64,000 nucleotides of DNA from Flaccisagitta enflata (lineage: Eukaryota): positions 40,610,001 to 40,674,000 of the forward strand of contig OZ231126.1 in the NCBI GenBank assembly GCA_965153355.1, given 5' to 3'. The position numbers and the translations under genes are program-made. How positions within the stretch are numbered: position 1 is the first letter of the stretch; each line of letters opens with the position of its first letter. The notes under the pieces were generated by a model that worked only from the letters and a program-made list of their open reading frames with translations, ran no database searches and had not been told where the DNA came from. This document shows positions 40,517 through 56,782 of the stretch, one piece after another.

Positions 40517-41496
40517 ATTGTTAGAACGTATTTAAACTATTTATGGAGTAGCCTCATATAGAAATGCATGAGCTTATGGGTTATCTAAGAAAGAAAAGAG
40601 AGAGAAAAAAAGAAAGAATGAAAGGAGGAAAGAAGGAAAGAAGGAAAGCAGGAAAGAAGGAAAGAAGGAAAGAAATCGTGAAAGCGTGAAAGAAAAAAAC
40701 CGGAGCAAGCGAAAGACACAGTTATGATAAAATGGCGCAAATGCATCGAGGATGAATGGTGTAAATTTGCTGATGAAGATGAACGAGCAAAAGTGAGTGA
40801 GTGGAAGAAAGCAAAAAGGAGGAGGCAAGGAGTTGTAGTCGTTAGTTAGTAAGTGATGACCAAAGGCGAGAAAAAGAAGACGGGGCAGTTGTAGCCATTA
40901 AGGGGTGGCTAAAACTAAGTGAGTGGAAGATGGAGAAGGAGGAGAAGGGGCAGTTGTAGCCATTAAAGAATGGCTAAAATCAAGTGAGTGGAAGATGGAG
41001 AAGGAGGAGAAGGGGCATTTGTAAGAAGGCGGAAAAGAAGGAGGTCAACGGAAAAAAGCGAAAGGGATAGACAGGAGTTAGTCTCTGGTCAGCTGAATTG
41101 AGATGAATGTCAGCAAGGACCTCAAAAACGGCTTGTCAGTATCACTCACGATAATCCTGATACCACTTGTATAAATTCAAAGAATAAAAACACGCCTAAG
41201 TTGATAAGATAAATCAAACAACAATTTTGACATTGTTAAAGATTTTCATAAAATCTTTCAATCTAGACCAATCCCCAGTCAGTATCTTAAACGGTTCCAA
41301 AGCTAAAGACCTGCAAAGAGAAGCATTAAGCATGGGGATTGCAAAACTGAAATGGGCAGTGTCTTTATCAAACTGAGTGACTGACGCTACCGAGAATTCT
41401 CGGTAGCGTCAACGATGACAATTACACATTTTGACGCTACTGAGAATTCTCCATAACGTCAATATCCATTCTCTATTGTGATGATTTGGAAACTAA

Positions 41497-42465
41497 CCTT
41501 GGCGTCATAAAGAATGGCGGATTTTTAAAACCTATTATAACCATCTTAATTAAAGAGAAACTAAGGAAAATTGGTGATGGTTGGAAAGCTCTTTGAAAGA
41601 TCTTTCATTTGAGTCGTGTCTGGACATAGTAGCTCAAACCGTTTAGAAATTACAGTGATTCAAAGAAAACCTCTATTTTTTTACCCTTACGGTGTGTCAT
41701 TAAAAAAAGTCTCCTAATAATTTCATTATTACCAAAATGATAGAAGATTTTGTCCGATTGCCTTCAAATTTTCAGTGATGTCTTAATTGTGTGTTTACTG
41801 ATACCGGTTCAATTTTTGTGAGAATCGTTAATTTATTACTATGGTTTTTGCATGTTCCTTTACTAACCCTCATCCAAATTCTTGAAAAATGATGCAATTT
41901 CAAAAAAAACTTGTTTATTTCTTAATTATTTGAGCTCACACCCAGTTTACTTCTTTGGTTGAGGGCCCTAAATATAGAACTTTGAAAGCACTCTAAAACT
42001 GTCATAGATTTTTCACAATTTTAACCATATATCCATGAACAAAACGCTCAATAAAATCCAATCACTGATTCTTTCAAACCACAGTTTTGCAAACCAACAT
42101 TAAAATCTTTTGCATGGTGAAAATGATAGTAAAAGTTGTCCGATTTTGATGAAATTTTAGGAGCTGTTAAAGGCACCTATCTTGTACTATTATATCATAT
42201 TTTATCTTAATCGGATAAGGTTAAGTACGGTTTTTAAGAGATTATGTTTAAGTTATGATTGGTGACACACCGTAAGGGTGAAAAAAGAGAAGGGTTTTTC
42301 AAATTGATGTAGCTTCTAAACCATTTGAGCGACAATGTTGTGACACATCTCAAATGAAAGATCTTTCAAAGAGCTTTCTAGACATCACCAATTTTTCTTA
42401 GTTTCTATCAAATTAGGTTTGTTAAAATAGGTTTTAAAAATCCGCCATTTTTTATGACGCCAAGG
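41497..42465. mobile_element. piggyBac-like non-autonomous element
   Basis: CTAA|CCTTGGCGTCATAAA...TTTATGACGCCAAGG|TTAA, with imperfect inverted arms of about 200 bp. Confidence 0.85.
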
Positions 42466-42491
42466 TTAACAATTGACACTACTGAGAATAG

Positions 42492-42546
<55 letters not shown>

Positions 42547-43152
42547 AAAGGTTTATTGCAAACATATTTATGCATTGCATTTTTTTTTATCAGTGGAGGG
42601 ACTTAAGCAGATAATCTAAACCAACCTGGAAAAAAACGTATCTTTTGGTTTTTTATATACTTTTATGTTGTTTAGCAGTGACTTGTAATTTTTTTTTTAT
42701 TCTTTATTCTCTATCTCTTATATTTCATTTTTACTCTTTATTCAACTTTTTACTTTAGACATATTCTTTTTATATTCATGAAATGAGCAACAAAAAGTAT
42801 CTTACAAGAAACTTTAGGAACTCATGTCATATTTCATCTTTTATATCTCTAATTTACTTGTTTTATTTCTTACTATTCATTTTTGAATTTTCTTTTTTCA
42901 CTTTTATATTTTTTTTTTTCAATTTTTAAGCGTCACTTTTTATCCTTCACCTTTTTTAGTTTTTTTAGTATTATATTTCATTTTTTATCATTCACTTTTC
43001 ATTTTTCAATTTTTTAAAAAAAATTGTCAATCATTGTATTTTTCTAATTAAATTGTCACATATTGTGATGATTTTCTTTTAATTTTCAACATCATTTTTT
43101 ATTCCATCAAGCAAAAAAAAAAAACAACAAAAAAATCAGGGTTACAATTTTT

Positions 43153-43476
43153 CAGGGGTGTATAAAGTTGAGTATTCCCCCCCCCGGTGGGGGGGGGGAA
43201 TAAAATCAAAAGGTTTGGAGATGGGGAAGAAAATCAAAAGTTTAAAAAAAAGAAAAAAGAAAATTTTTGATGATCTAACACTTTTGGTAGTACCAAAAGG
43301 TAAAATACAATTACTACAACACAATTTAACACTATTTAAACCTAGAATGTACTGCTTTTTAGCTTTGAGGGGAAGAAAATCAGAGATATTGTTATGCGAT
43401 GCGACGCGTCGCGGGGAAGAAAATCAAAGGCAGGGGGGGGAATAAAATCAAAGCCGCTCAACTATATACACCCCTG
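43153..43476. mobile_element. hAT-type MITE
   Basis: TIRs CAGGGGTGTATA.AGTTGAG and a perfect 8-bp TSD CAATTTTT (43145-43152 and 43477-43484). Confidence 0.92.
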
Positions 43477-43754
43477 CAATTTTTTCCAAATGGATTTAGT
43501 CAAACCCCCCTCTATATTTACAATACATTTATAAGTAGCTATATGTAGGTTTAAGATGCATCCTCATAGAGAGGGTATGTCCATCTATTTGTTCATTTTT
43601 CCATCCATCCATTCATCCGTCCATCCATCTATCTTTCCATCCCTCTGTCCATCCATCCACCCATCCAACTTATTGCTTCCCTAACATCTGTTATTCTGGG
43701 TTTTAATTGTACTCATCTGTAGAAAGAGTGAGCGTGTGTTTGAGTGAGTGTGTG

Positions 43755-43841
<87 letters not shown>

Positions 43842-43904
43842 AAAAAGGAAAGTAAGAACGAAGGAAGGAAAACAGAAAAAAAGAGGAAAAACAATAATAG
43901 AAAG

Positions 43905-46202
43905 AATAGTCGCAAAAGCGTTAGATGGTCAGCGGTACCCGTTGCCCCTATGTGAGTATATGTGGGTATGAGGTGGTTAGAGGGGCAGCGGCCCCGGAGG
44001 GGCCGATGACCAATGCTTAGTAAGTTTCTGGGATTCAGGTTGGGATTTGGGCCTCAAGGCTGGGATCTGGGCATCCAGGCTGGAATTTTGGCCTTTAGGC
44101 TGGGGGTTTAACTCAAGGCTGGGTTTTGGGCCTCAAGGCTGGAATTTTGGCCTATAGGCTGGAATTTAAGCCTCAAGCCTGGAGTTTGGGCCTCAAGGCT
44201 GGGATCTGGGCCTCAAAGCTAGGTTTTGGGCTTCAAGGCAAGGTTTTGGGCCCCAAGGCTAGGATTTGAGCCTCAAGATGAGTTTTGGGCCCCAAGGCTA
44301 GGATTTGGGCCTCAAGGCTGGGATTTGAGCCTCAAGGCTGGGATTTGGACCTTGAGGCTAGGATTTAGGCCTCATGGCTGGGTTTTGGGTCTCAAGGCCA
44401 GGGTTTGGGCCATGAGGCAGGGGGGGGGGTAAGGACGGAGAAGGAGGAGGAGGAGGAGAAATTTCTGCATATGTGAAAGCATAGGTCATCGGCCCCTTTG
44501 GGGCCGCTGCCCAAAAAAGAAAGAAGTCCAAATCCTAGCCTTGAGGCTCAAATCCCAACCAAAAGGCTCAAATCCCAACCTTGAGGCTCAAATCCTAGCC
44601 TAGAAGCTCAAATCCCAGCCTAGAGACTCAAATCCCGGCCTTGAGGCTCAGATCCAAGCCTCGAGGCTCAAATCCCAAACTTGAAGCTCAGATCTCAGCC
44701 TCAAGGCTCAAATCCTAGCTTCCAGGCTGAAATCCCAGCTTTGAGGCTCAAATCACAGCCTTGAGGCTCAAATCCCAGCCTTGAGGCTCAAATCCCATCC
44801 AAAGACTCACATCCCAACCTCGAGGCTCAAATCCCAAATCCTAACCTCCAGGCTAAAATCCCATAATTGATGCTCACTTTCAATCCTAGGTCATAATAGT
44901 CGCAAAAGCGTTACATGGTCAGCGGTACCCGATGCCCCTAAGTTAGTGTACGTGGGAATGAGATTATGAGAGGGGCAGCGGCCCCGGAGGGGCCGATGAC
45001 CTATGATTCCACATAGGACAATTTTCTCCGGTGTGAGAAGCTGGTTTGGAGGGCTGAGACGCCTGATTTTAGCTCTGAAAGGTCTGATCTAGGGTGTGAG
45101 AGGCGTGGTTTGGGGTCTGAGAGGCTTGATTTGGGGTCTGAAAGGCCTTATTTGGGTCTGGGAGGTCTAATTTGGGGTCTGAAAAGCTTCACATGGGGTC
45201 TGAGGCCTGATTTGGATCTGAGAGGCCTAACTTGGGGTCTGAGAGGCCTGATCTGGGGTCTGGGAGGCCTGATTTGGGGTCTGAGAGGCCTGATTTGGGG
45301 TCTGGGAGGCTTGATTTGAGGTCTGAGAAGCCTAATTTGGGGTCAGAAAGGTCTGATTTGGAGTCAAAAAGGCCTGATTTGGGGTCTGAGAGGCTTTTTT
45401 TGAGGCTTAGGGGAGGCGGGGGGGGGACGGACGGACGGAAAACGGAAACCAGACCGGAGAAAATTGCTCTGGGGCCGCTGCCCAATAGCAGCCCAAAGGC
45501 GGTAAGTGGTCAGCGGTACCCGTGCCCTGCTTGAGTAGTGTGTGATTTAAGATGAGAGGGAGCAGGGCAGCGGCCCCAAAGGGGACGAAGTCCTGTAGAA
45601 CACAGGGGGAATCTGTCCGTCCATCCGCCCGTCCGTCCGTCCGTCCCCCCCTGCCCCATCCTCAGGGCTTTGTCTCCTTTGGGGCCTATTCTGACCCTAA
45701 TTCTGCCAAATAGCCCAAATCCAAGCAATATGGCCCAAATCTAAACAAAATGACCCAAATCCAAGCATCATGGCCCAAATCCAAGCAAAATGGCCCAAAT
45801 CTGGTCCGAATCTAGATATTGGAGGCGACAATAATAAGCCCGAGGCCAGAATAAGAGTTTTCTGGCAAGATTTGGGCCATTTTGATTGGATTTGGGCCAT
45901 TATGCTTGGAATTGGGCTATTTGGCAGAATTAGGGTCAGAATAGGCCCCAAAGGAGACAAAGCAGGAGGATGGGGCAGGGGGGGATGGACAGACGGACGT
46001 ACGTACAGATGTACGGACGGACGGACAGATTCCCCCTGTGTTCTACAGGACTTCATCCTCTTCGGGGCCGCTGCCCAAAAAATTACTAAGCATAGGTCAT
46101 CAGCCTCTTCGGGGCCGCTGCCCCTCTCACCATCACACACCTACATATATTCACAAAGGGGCAACGGGTACCGCTGACCATCTAACGCTTTTGCGACTAT
46201 TT
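43905..46202. mobile_element. Cluster of stacked and inverted copies of the minisatellite-bearing family
   Basis: The same terminal motif occurs at 43905 and 44897, and inverted at about 46167-46201. GGGCAGCGGCCCC repeats occur in both orientations, with 20-21-bp minisatellite arrays on both strands. Confidence 0.75.
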
Positions 46203-46298
46203 TTTCTGGTTCTTCCAATACATTCTTATTTCTTAACTCTTATGTCTTCCAAGTTCCGATGAATTTCGTGCCCGCTACAACCATGTAAGAGATAGAGA

Positions 46299-46406
<108 letters not shown>

Positions 46407-46731
46407 AACAGACGGACAGGAAGATAGCCCGAAAGAAAGATTAAGAGAGAAAGATTATGAAAGCTATAAAAGATCCAGTCTTACGGGGAAAATAGACGTA
46501 AACAAAGAGAGAGAAAGACAGCATGTAGTCAGACAGGGACTATCACAAAAACACGAAGAGTAAACAAACATAGGAAGGCAATCAAAAATTCAGTTCAGAT
46601 TATATAAAGTCGAAACAGACAGCCGAAATCAACGAGATAGAGACGGCAAAAGAAAAGAGCTACATACAACCACGTGGGGGAATAATTTGTGGGAAAAGGA
46701 GCGAAATAAAAAGGACCAGAAGCAAGTCGAA

Positions 46732-46778
<47 letters not shown>

Positions 46779-46784
46779 AGAAGA

Positions 46785-46885
<101 letters not shown>

Positions 46886-47842
46886 GGGCAATTCAGCGAC
46901 TAGACCGACTAAGACACACTGATAAAGAGAGCGTGAGGCTGTCAGTGACGTGAGATGGAACTGAAAAACAGAAGCTTTCAAGTAATTTGAGGGAAATAAT
47001 CCAGTCTCATTCACTCCATCAGTTCCAAACGATCGAACGACTTAATTCTGCCTAAGTCTTACTTTTTGTTCGCCAATACCATCAAGAGATAATTTTGACA
47101 GATGGACCCGAAGGAGAGACCATCAGTATCGAAACACAGTTAGATAGGTCGCTGGAGCCTCCTATGGTTAGCGGTATCCGTTGCTAGACGGAGAAAATTA
47201 CTTTTCCTGAGCCATCACAACATTCTTTTTTTGTCAGACTGTCCATAATGGTCCTGTAACTTACAGGCTGTAAGTCTATGTTTAAATCATTGGTCAATAT
47301 CTACTTCATTTCAGAAGTTATGACTATCTATCTACATGAATGTCAAATAAAAAAAGATGTAATAAAGTTGAATTGAATCGTCTTAAAAAACAACTGCCTC
47401 TTGCATTAAATTTCATCGTTCCTGAACCATTCACTCTCTAACAATGAGAGGTTTGATGAGAGGTAAGGTAGACTGGGGGGATATAAACAGAAGAAAATTG
47501 CCTTCTGGGGAATGAAAGGTCATCAGCTCCCCCAGGGCGCTGCCTAAAAAGAGAGTAAGAGAGACAGACAGACAGACAGACCGTCCTGTAGACTGTCAGA
47601 GAGTTATTTAGACAGATAGACAGACACACAGAAAAATGGACAATCAACCAGTCATCCAAGGATCGCACATGGTCAGCGGTACCCGATGCCCTGCTGGGAG
47701 TGATACAGTGACGAAATGGAGTGAGAGCAGGTCAGCTGGGGTGGAATTTCTAGATGTCCTGACTCCTGAGAGGGCATATTTCAAGCCCTAGATGACTGAT
47801 TTAGGCCATTGAAGGCATATTTGAAGGCTAGACGGCAGAATC

Positions 47843-49000
47843 CACGCCCCTTTCTAAATGAGGCAAGTAGGAAAAAATTCCACAGCATTGTGACACGTCT
47901 TATCTGACTAAGTACACCTTGGGGTACATCACCATGCTTGAGACAAAAAATTCTGTTAGGATTTTTACAAGAAAATGCCGTAAAATGCCGTTAAAAGCTG
48001 TTAAAACAGCAATTTTGACAAATTTGTTTGTTTAAACTCAGTCAAAAACGACAGCTCTTGTCAGCAATAGATCAAACAACATCTGTATGACACAAACACG
48101 CATTCATGCAAAGATTCAAGCGATGATGTCATTATTGTACTTCATTTTATGTCGTAAAATGCCGTTAAAAGTGCGTTTTTGCCAAATTATCTGTTTAATC
48201 CCTCAAATCATGCAACATTCATATGCAAACTGACAGAAAATGTGTATTGAGGCGTAGGACACAAAAATGTAAGAAGCTTGATACAAATCAAAGATATTCG
48301 GGCTTCTTTAATTACCGTAAAAGGTCGTAAATTGCCGTGAAATGGCGTTTTGGACAATTCATTGGGTTAATTTGCCCACAAACTTATTTTCATAAATGTA
48401 TTTTAGTGCCATTTCATCATAAAATGGTCATCATCTGACAAGTGGAGCAGTTTTTCATATAAAAAACTGCCAATTCTTAAATTTTACGGCAATTTTCCGC
48501 CTATTACGGCTTTGCAATGTGACTGAATTTCTGTGCTTTGTTTTGAAACTTAACAATATGTGTGTCGCAGGCCTCGATACCCATTTGCTTTTAGTTCAAG
48601 TGAATGTCAGGCTTTAAGAAAGGGTAGTGCCAGAAAAACAGTGGAAAAATGGCATTTTATGGCATATTACGGCATATTACGGCATATTACGGCATTTTAC
48701 AGCATAAAATGACATCCAATGATGGCGGCATCAATTGAACATAAGCACAAATGTGCATTAGTGCCATATCTGCATTTTTTAGCATGAGCCGCTTTTTATG
48801 AGCAAGTTTCACCCAACGTAATGGTCAAAAATGTCCTTTTTACGAGTTTTTACGGCAGTTTACGGCATTTTCTCATAAAATTCCCAACAGAATTTTTTGG
48901 TTTTAGCATGGATGCATGGGCCTACATGTATATAGCGCCCCTGAATAGGCGACTATGCTGTGGAATTTTTTCCTACCTACCTCAGTTAAAAAGGGGCGTG
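47843..49000. mobile_element. Non-autonomous TIR element with CAC..GTG ends and 4-bp TSD (Chapaev-like)
   Basis: AATC|CACGCCCCTTT..GTAGGAAAAAATTCCACAGCAT ... ATGCTGTGGAATTTTTTCCTAC..AAAGGGGCGTG|AATC, with internal TGCCGTAA/TTACGGCA motifs in mirrored orientation. Confidence 0.85.
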
Positions 49001-49260
49001 AATCAAGGCTTGGAGAGCAGATTTGCGGTTCAGAGGGCAAATTTGAGCCACGGAGGGCTGATTTGATGCTCGGAGGGCTAATTGAAGGTCTGGTGGGCAG
49101 AGTTGAGGTTTGTAGGTGGGGGGGGACAGTGGCAGTCAAATCATGTGGTAGAAGAATGGAAAATAAAGGTAGTGATCACATTAGAGAGATTCGATCTATC
49201 AAAAGAATGAAAATATTCTGATGTTATTCTGTAACATTGCGTTATCTAGCTGGGGAAAAA

Positions 49261-49470
49261 TTTTTAGTTGCGTGCTACGCGACTCTACACCCTGCTTTGT
49301 CGGTCCGTCCGTCGGTCCGTTGGTCCGTTGGTCCGTCCGTCACACTTTACTTTTTTTGGGTTTTTGGGATTTTTGGCTTCACTGCTCCTGCCCAAATGAT
49401 CTGGTGACCTCAATTACAGCCCCTGCCCACCCGCACGCGACTGGGGTAGCCGTGTATCCGGCCTTGTTTT
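49261..49470 (+). mobile_element. HINE/DINE-1-like element
   Basis: Same termini as 24162-24352. Further copies lie at 51409-51566 (+), 55992-56246 (-), 56560-56781 (-) and, partially, 63973-64000 (-). Confidence 0.8.
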
Positions 49471-49606
49471 CTTCTGGTCGTTGGCCGTATGGTTGTTCAA
49501 TATCCATGCCGTTACATGGGTCTGTGGATCTAATCATTGGCGAATAGGCGCATAAATGCCTATATCTTACGATCAGTTTGATAGCCTTTCTTTTCTTTTT
49601 TTTTTC

Positions 49607-49896
<290 letters not shown>

Positions 49897-50748
49897 TGTG
49901 TCTTCAGACCGTTTCATAATAGCGTAATTTTTCTCCAAAAATGAGTTTCAATTAGAAAAAGATGAACGTATCATAGAAGAAAACGAGTGATGATAACGAT
50001 AAACGTCGTCAGTCCGTTTTTGATCTGTTTGATAAGGTCGGGAAAAACTGGTGGAGGAGTTCTTGAATTAGAAATCAAGGCGCAAAGCTTGGTAGAAACA
50101 AGGCACAGAAAAAAACAGCCACCAAAAAAGCCGCACTATGGGTCGGATGGGTGGATAGTGGAACTGTGAAAAAGTTTGTATGATGTGGAAACAATCATAA
50201 ACTCACTATTTTTCATAATGTGATAATGACACACACACATGCAGATACACAAATGCAGGGCGCGTCTCTACAACGGACCAACCGATGGGCCAATGGACAG
50301 ACAGACAAAGCCAATTATGATTCATAGTGTCGCTGGTCCGCGACTAAACAGAAAACTTTTTTTAGGTCCATCAAAATTTCATATGGAATGTATTGGACGG
50401 TGAGGGTAGAATCGATCCAATTTCCGATTTCGATTACCTCAGCATCATCCAAAAGTGGAGGAACAAGGCCAAGTAGGCCTTTATTGTGCTTAATAAAGCT
50501 CCCTTCCTGATTTCGGGACGGATCAAGATCTCCGTGGACTCAAACGGGAGCTATACCTGTCTATTAGACCTGTGTACAATATCAGAACGATATATCAAGT
50601 GGAAGTGTAAGACCAAGGCGTGTTTGTGACAGGGGTGAGTGTCGCCAATCGAGCCGCCGATTACACAGATTTCTCGCTGAATCGAACCTCAACGAGAGCA
50701 TGTGAACGCAACTTTGGCGGTTTTAGCTTGCAGTAAAATGGTGTTTTT

Positions 50749-50805
<57 letters not shown>

Positions 50806-51286
50806 TGGGGTTGGGGTGGGTTGGGGTGAGGCCTAGGGTTTGTTACCCCTGCCCACCCGTCACAATGATATTGTGACCCCACGTTACCGGTAATTACCTC
50901 ATCGCCTTTTTCTCCATCTTAGTCTTTTTTTCGTCTCCTTTTTAGTTGCGGACACACAACTCTATAAGAGGCTTTGTCCATCCGTCCGTTGGTCCGTCCG
51001 TTGGTTGGTCCGTCCGTAACCATCGAGTCGAAAAGTGGGAAAACGCGTTTTCCGCCCCTGCCCACCCATCCGCAACTGATGGCCGTGTATCCGTCCTTGT
51101 TTCTTCTTTGTTGTCACCTTCTTCTTTTTCTTTTTAGTCGCGTGAATAGAGTTGGTATGTCTGTCTGTCGGTTGGTCTGTTGGCAGTCTTACTGAAATGT
51201 AGGCTTTTGATCTTAGATAAGACAAAGGTAACTACAGGGCATCTTATGTCATTGAGACCACCAATAATAAGTTTGTTTTGCTTTCT

Positions 51287-51334
<48 letters not shown>

Positions 51335-54160
51335 TTCTAGCTGGCCATAGCTGATGAATCTTATCAAAACACGAGCATCTAATTTCCTTCTCATGTCCAT
51401 TTACGTTTTCTTCAGTCGCGGACACGCGACTCCGCACCTTGCCGTGTCAGTCGGTCCGTCAGACCGTCCATAACGTTTTTAAATTGCAAGCGTTTTTTGC
51501 ATTATTGCTGCTGCCCAACCGTCCTCGACTGGATTGCCATGTATCCGTGTATCCGGCCTTGTTTTTGGTCGGTGGTGCAAATGTTTGAGAGTTTACACGG
51601 CGCACCTACTTGACCTACTTGGACTTATTTATTTATAATAATTTTTTATAATCAACATGAAATGTGACAATCCAAAAAGGGGTCAAAGAATCATGAAAAG
51701 TGCAAAACTGCCTCATTGTTTGAAATAAACAGCATTGACCTTAAGCTCTAGCTAAAACAGGTCACCATTATTAACATTGACATAAATAATTAGAGTAGGG
51801 GGCCCAGAATACTTTCTTGAGACCTGGCTTCTAGTCCAAATGGATTTGAGTTTATGTCATTCAAACCATGGAATAAACTTCCTAATACACTCATGTCTGT
51901 GAAGGAATCATTTAAACGTAGACTAAAACTTGAAAATGGTTTATTATTTATGAGTAATCATGTACGAATTGACAAGCCGTATATGACAATTTGTGCATGA
52001 TTCCTCATAACTAATAAACCATTTTAAAGTTACACTGTCTGTACGTGCAATGCCTCTCCAATAGACTAAAACTTATTCAACCAAAATGATCTTTACTGAT
52101 GTTTTTACCAATATCTCTGGTTATACAGGCCTGTTCAAATTAAAGCCCTTTAAATTTGCAAGCAATCTACGCAAACCACACCTCCCTAACGCGATTTGTT
52201 CAAAAGTTATTCAACCTTGAATGAAATAATTCAATTTCGCTTTTGCCATTTGAACACAGTCTTCAAATGATATCATTTTACTATTCATCAAATTACTTCC
52301 AAACGCATTGAGATAAACAGATACGGTTTGCGTAGAATGCTTGCAAATTAGAGGGGCTTCATTTATGTCACCAATTTTTCTATGATTTGATGAGTCTCTT
52401 CGAAGCTTTAAGTCTAAACGTAGCGAAAGAAAGGAATCAAGAAAATGGCGAGAATGGAGTGGTGGGCCATCACCCCAGAATACCTGGAAAAGCTCTAAAA
52501 ATCGCGTGCCCAACAATTGGCGGCCGTGATTAAGTCAAAGAGGGCTCACAATAAATTTTACAATCAATTTGTATCCACTTTCACATCAATAAATGAACTT
52601 TTTTTTCAACGAGTAAAGATTTTTTTGGTGAAGGTAGTACTCTCATTGCTTACAATATTTGACATATTCTTTACTGAATAATGTAGTTTTTTAGGGGACC
52701 CTGTTGGAAATGTCATATTTGACTTCGATTTGCTATCCCACAAAGCAAGTTTTTTTTAACAAATGCCCCGCTTTGTAGTTTGTGTTGGTCTTCAATGTCA
52801 AACCCATTCATTCAAGTAATTGAGCCTTACTATAATGAACCACTGGGTTAAATTCCGTGGATAATCCTCGTTCTGTCTTAAAAGAGCTGATAAAACCATC
52901 AATAATTCGTTATAAGGAGAGACCATCCCGTCATAGAAACTTTCTCTGCTTTAACAAATGATGAGGCTGGATACGCAGCAATCCAGACGCGGACAGTTAG
53001 GCAGGAGCAGTAATGCAAAAACCGCTAGGAATTCAAAAATGTGAAGGTCAGACGGACCGACAACCCAACCGCGACTAAAAACTTTCAACGCGTTTTCAAC
53101 TCGAGCGTGACGGACCGACCAACGGACCGACCAACGGACGGACGGACGGACGGAAAAAGCCTCTTATAGAGTTGCGTGTCCGCAACTAAAAAGAGAGGGG
53201 CCCCCCCATCCTCTCTTTGTTGTTTCATGAGACTGCTATATTTCTTATACTCATAACTTTGCTTTCATTCATGCACTCAATTAAACTTGTGAGGTACTCA
53301 TTTCAGTTTTTTTATTGTTGATTTGCTTGATATGTAGCAATAAAATATCATGAAGCTTACGGCTATATCGACCATTTTTAGTATTTTTCAAATGTGTAAA
53401 TAGATACTGACTGTTTTCATCAATCTATACAGCCATTTTTTAAGAAAAAGAAAAATGGTAATAACATTTTTGGTCTTATTTTTCATGAGGATTCCAAAAC
53501 TGGTCTCAGAATTGTGTTTTACCGAGTTTTGATTTTTGACCTCTCGAGAGGTCAGATCGGGGTTGTTTTTGACCTTTGACCCCAATTTTGACCCACTTAG
53601 AATGATAAATACAAAAAAAGAAGACTACTTTCTTATGCTACTTTTTTGAGAGGAATCCAAATCTGCAATCAGAATTTAATTTTGACCACTTTGAAATTTT
53701 GACCCCTTTTGGGGGATCATACTTGACCCCCTGACCTTTGACCCCCTTGGTCGTACACTTCCCGAATATTTTTTGTGATGATATACACATGAAATTGAAG
53801 CTTAGGAACAGTACTTGAGATTGATACAACGGAGCAGTGCCAAATTTGAAAAATACTCCCATAATCAGGGAGCTACCAATAAGGTGCGACGTGTGGATCG
53901 CCGAACGATTGCGTTACCCGACCGACAGACAGACCAACCAACGGACACAGCCAATTATAGAGGTGCTTTGTCGCACACAAAAAGGAAAGATTTCCACCAA
54001 AAAATCTGTTGATGGTCTGGCAAAGAAACGATGAGACGAATGAAAAGAATGAAATGAAAGAAAGATCCCCTTTTCTTATTTTCATTCCGAAGCTGTTGGG
54101 GAGAAATGTCCGTTAAAAAAAAAGAAATAAAAGGAAATGACTCAGAAAAAGATGGAATTT

Positions 54161-54275
<115 letters not shown>

Positions 54276-54684
54276 GGACGATAGACAGGAAGACGGATGT
54301 GCGTAACATATAACACAGCTTTTATCAATGTGTGTGGTAAAATTGCTTGGAGTTGATTGAAAATAGAGGAGGATAAAAAAAATCGGGACACGCGACTTTG
54401 AATGCAGAAATGATGAAAAGAAAACGCAGTGGACGGATGGACGAACGGTCACAAACCCCTTTTGATAGATGGGGACCTATCAAAAAATATTTGGATAAGA
54501 AAGAACTTTACATGAATGATAGAAATAGAAATAGAATGAATATATCAAAGTATGCACACACCGATAAGCTAAAAAAAGAACCCCTAGAGAAGTCGTCTCG
54601 AAACAAATGGGAAACGATCTGAATAAAGCCAGTTGGAAATTAAGGAAAATGAGAAGAATATAAATATCGTCTTTTCTTGAGTGT

Positions 54685-55724
<1,040 letters not shown>

Positions 55725-56782
55725 ATTCGGAGTTTTGATGTACAACTTTTACAACTTTCCATGGTTTCGTTTGCGTATGTCAATCAAACTTTTACGATCG
55801 GTTTGTGGAGGCAGTAATATGTTATTCGTTTGAGTAGAATCATTGATGCAATAGCAATAAGTCTTAATTACCCTTACATTTACAAAGGCAATGTATTACC
55901 TTCCACCAATCGTCAAACGCACTTAGGTCCTAAGGATTTAATGCTCAGATTTTGCCAAAAGCTGAACTTGAAACTGAGTGGAAGAAAAGAAGAACAAGGC
56001 CGGATACACGGCTACCCCAGTCGCGTGCAGGTGGGCAGGGGCCGTATTTTAGGTCACTTGATAACTCGGGCAGGAGCAGTGAGGCCATGGACCGCAAAAA
56101 AAAAAAATCAAAGTGTGACGGACAGACCAACGGACCGACGGACCGACGGACCGACGGACCGACGGACCGACGGACCGACAGACTGACGGACCGACGGACG
56201 GACCGACAAAGCAGGGTGTAAAGTCGCGTAGCACGCGACTAAAAAAGGCTCATCAGAAAAAAATGCACAGGAACTGATAAAGTCCAATATGACGACAGTT
56301 GCGTGATCTGTGTTACCTCACATAGATAATCACAACAATGGATCAAGATCGAAGTATCCCTACATATTTCGCGCCTCCCGCGCTTTTTCTAGGGTTTTCA
56401 CCTGTGAGGACAAGAATTCGGTCATTTCAGAATAACTTCAAACATTAGTAACTCCTCATATTGCCCATCTTCACAGCTGCTTTTACCTTTAAACGACAGC
56501 CAATTCCATGAGCCCTTAATGACAGAGTTACTTGATTACATGATCACATAATTACAAAGAAACAAGGCCGGATACACGGCTACCCCAGTCGCGTGCGGGT
56601 AGGCAGGGGCCATAATTGAGGTCAGTGGAACATTTGGGCAGAAGCAATAAGGCCAAAACCCCCAGTAACGCCGTAAAAGTAAAGTGTGATGGACGGACGG
56701 ACGGATGGACCGACCGACCGTCAGACCGACGGACGGACCGACAAAGCGGGATGTAGAGTCGCGTAGCACGCGACTTAAAAAT

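Noticed and set aside
44030-45400. CRISPR-like array
   Set aside because: These are contiguous 20-21-bp minisatellite units without unique spacers, in eukaryotic DNA with no cas genes.
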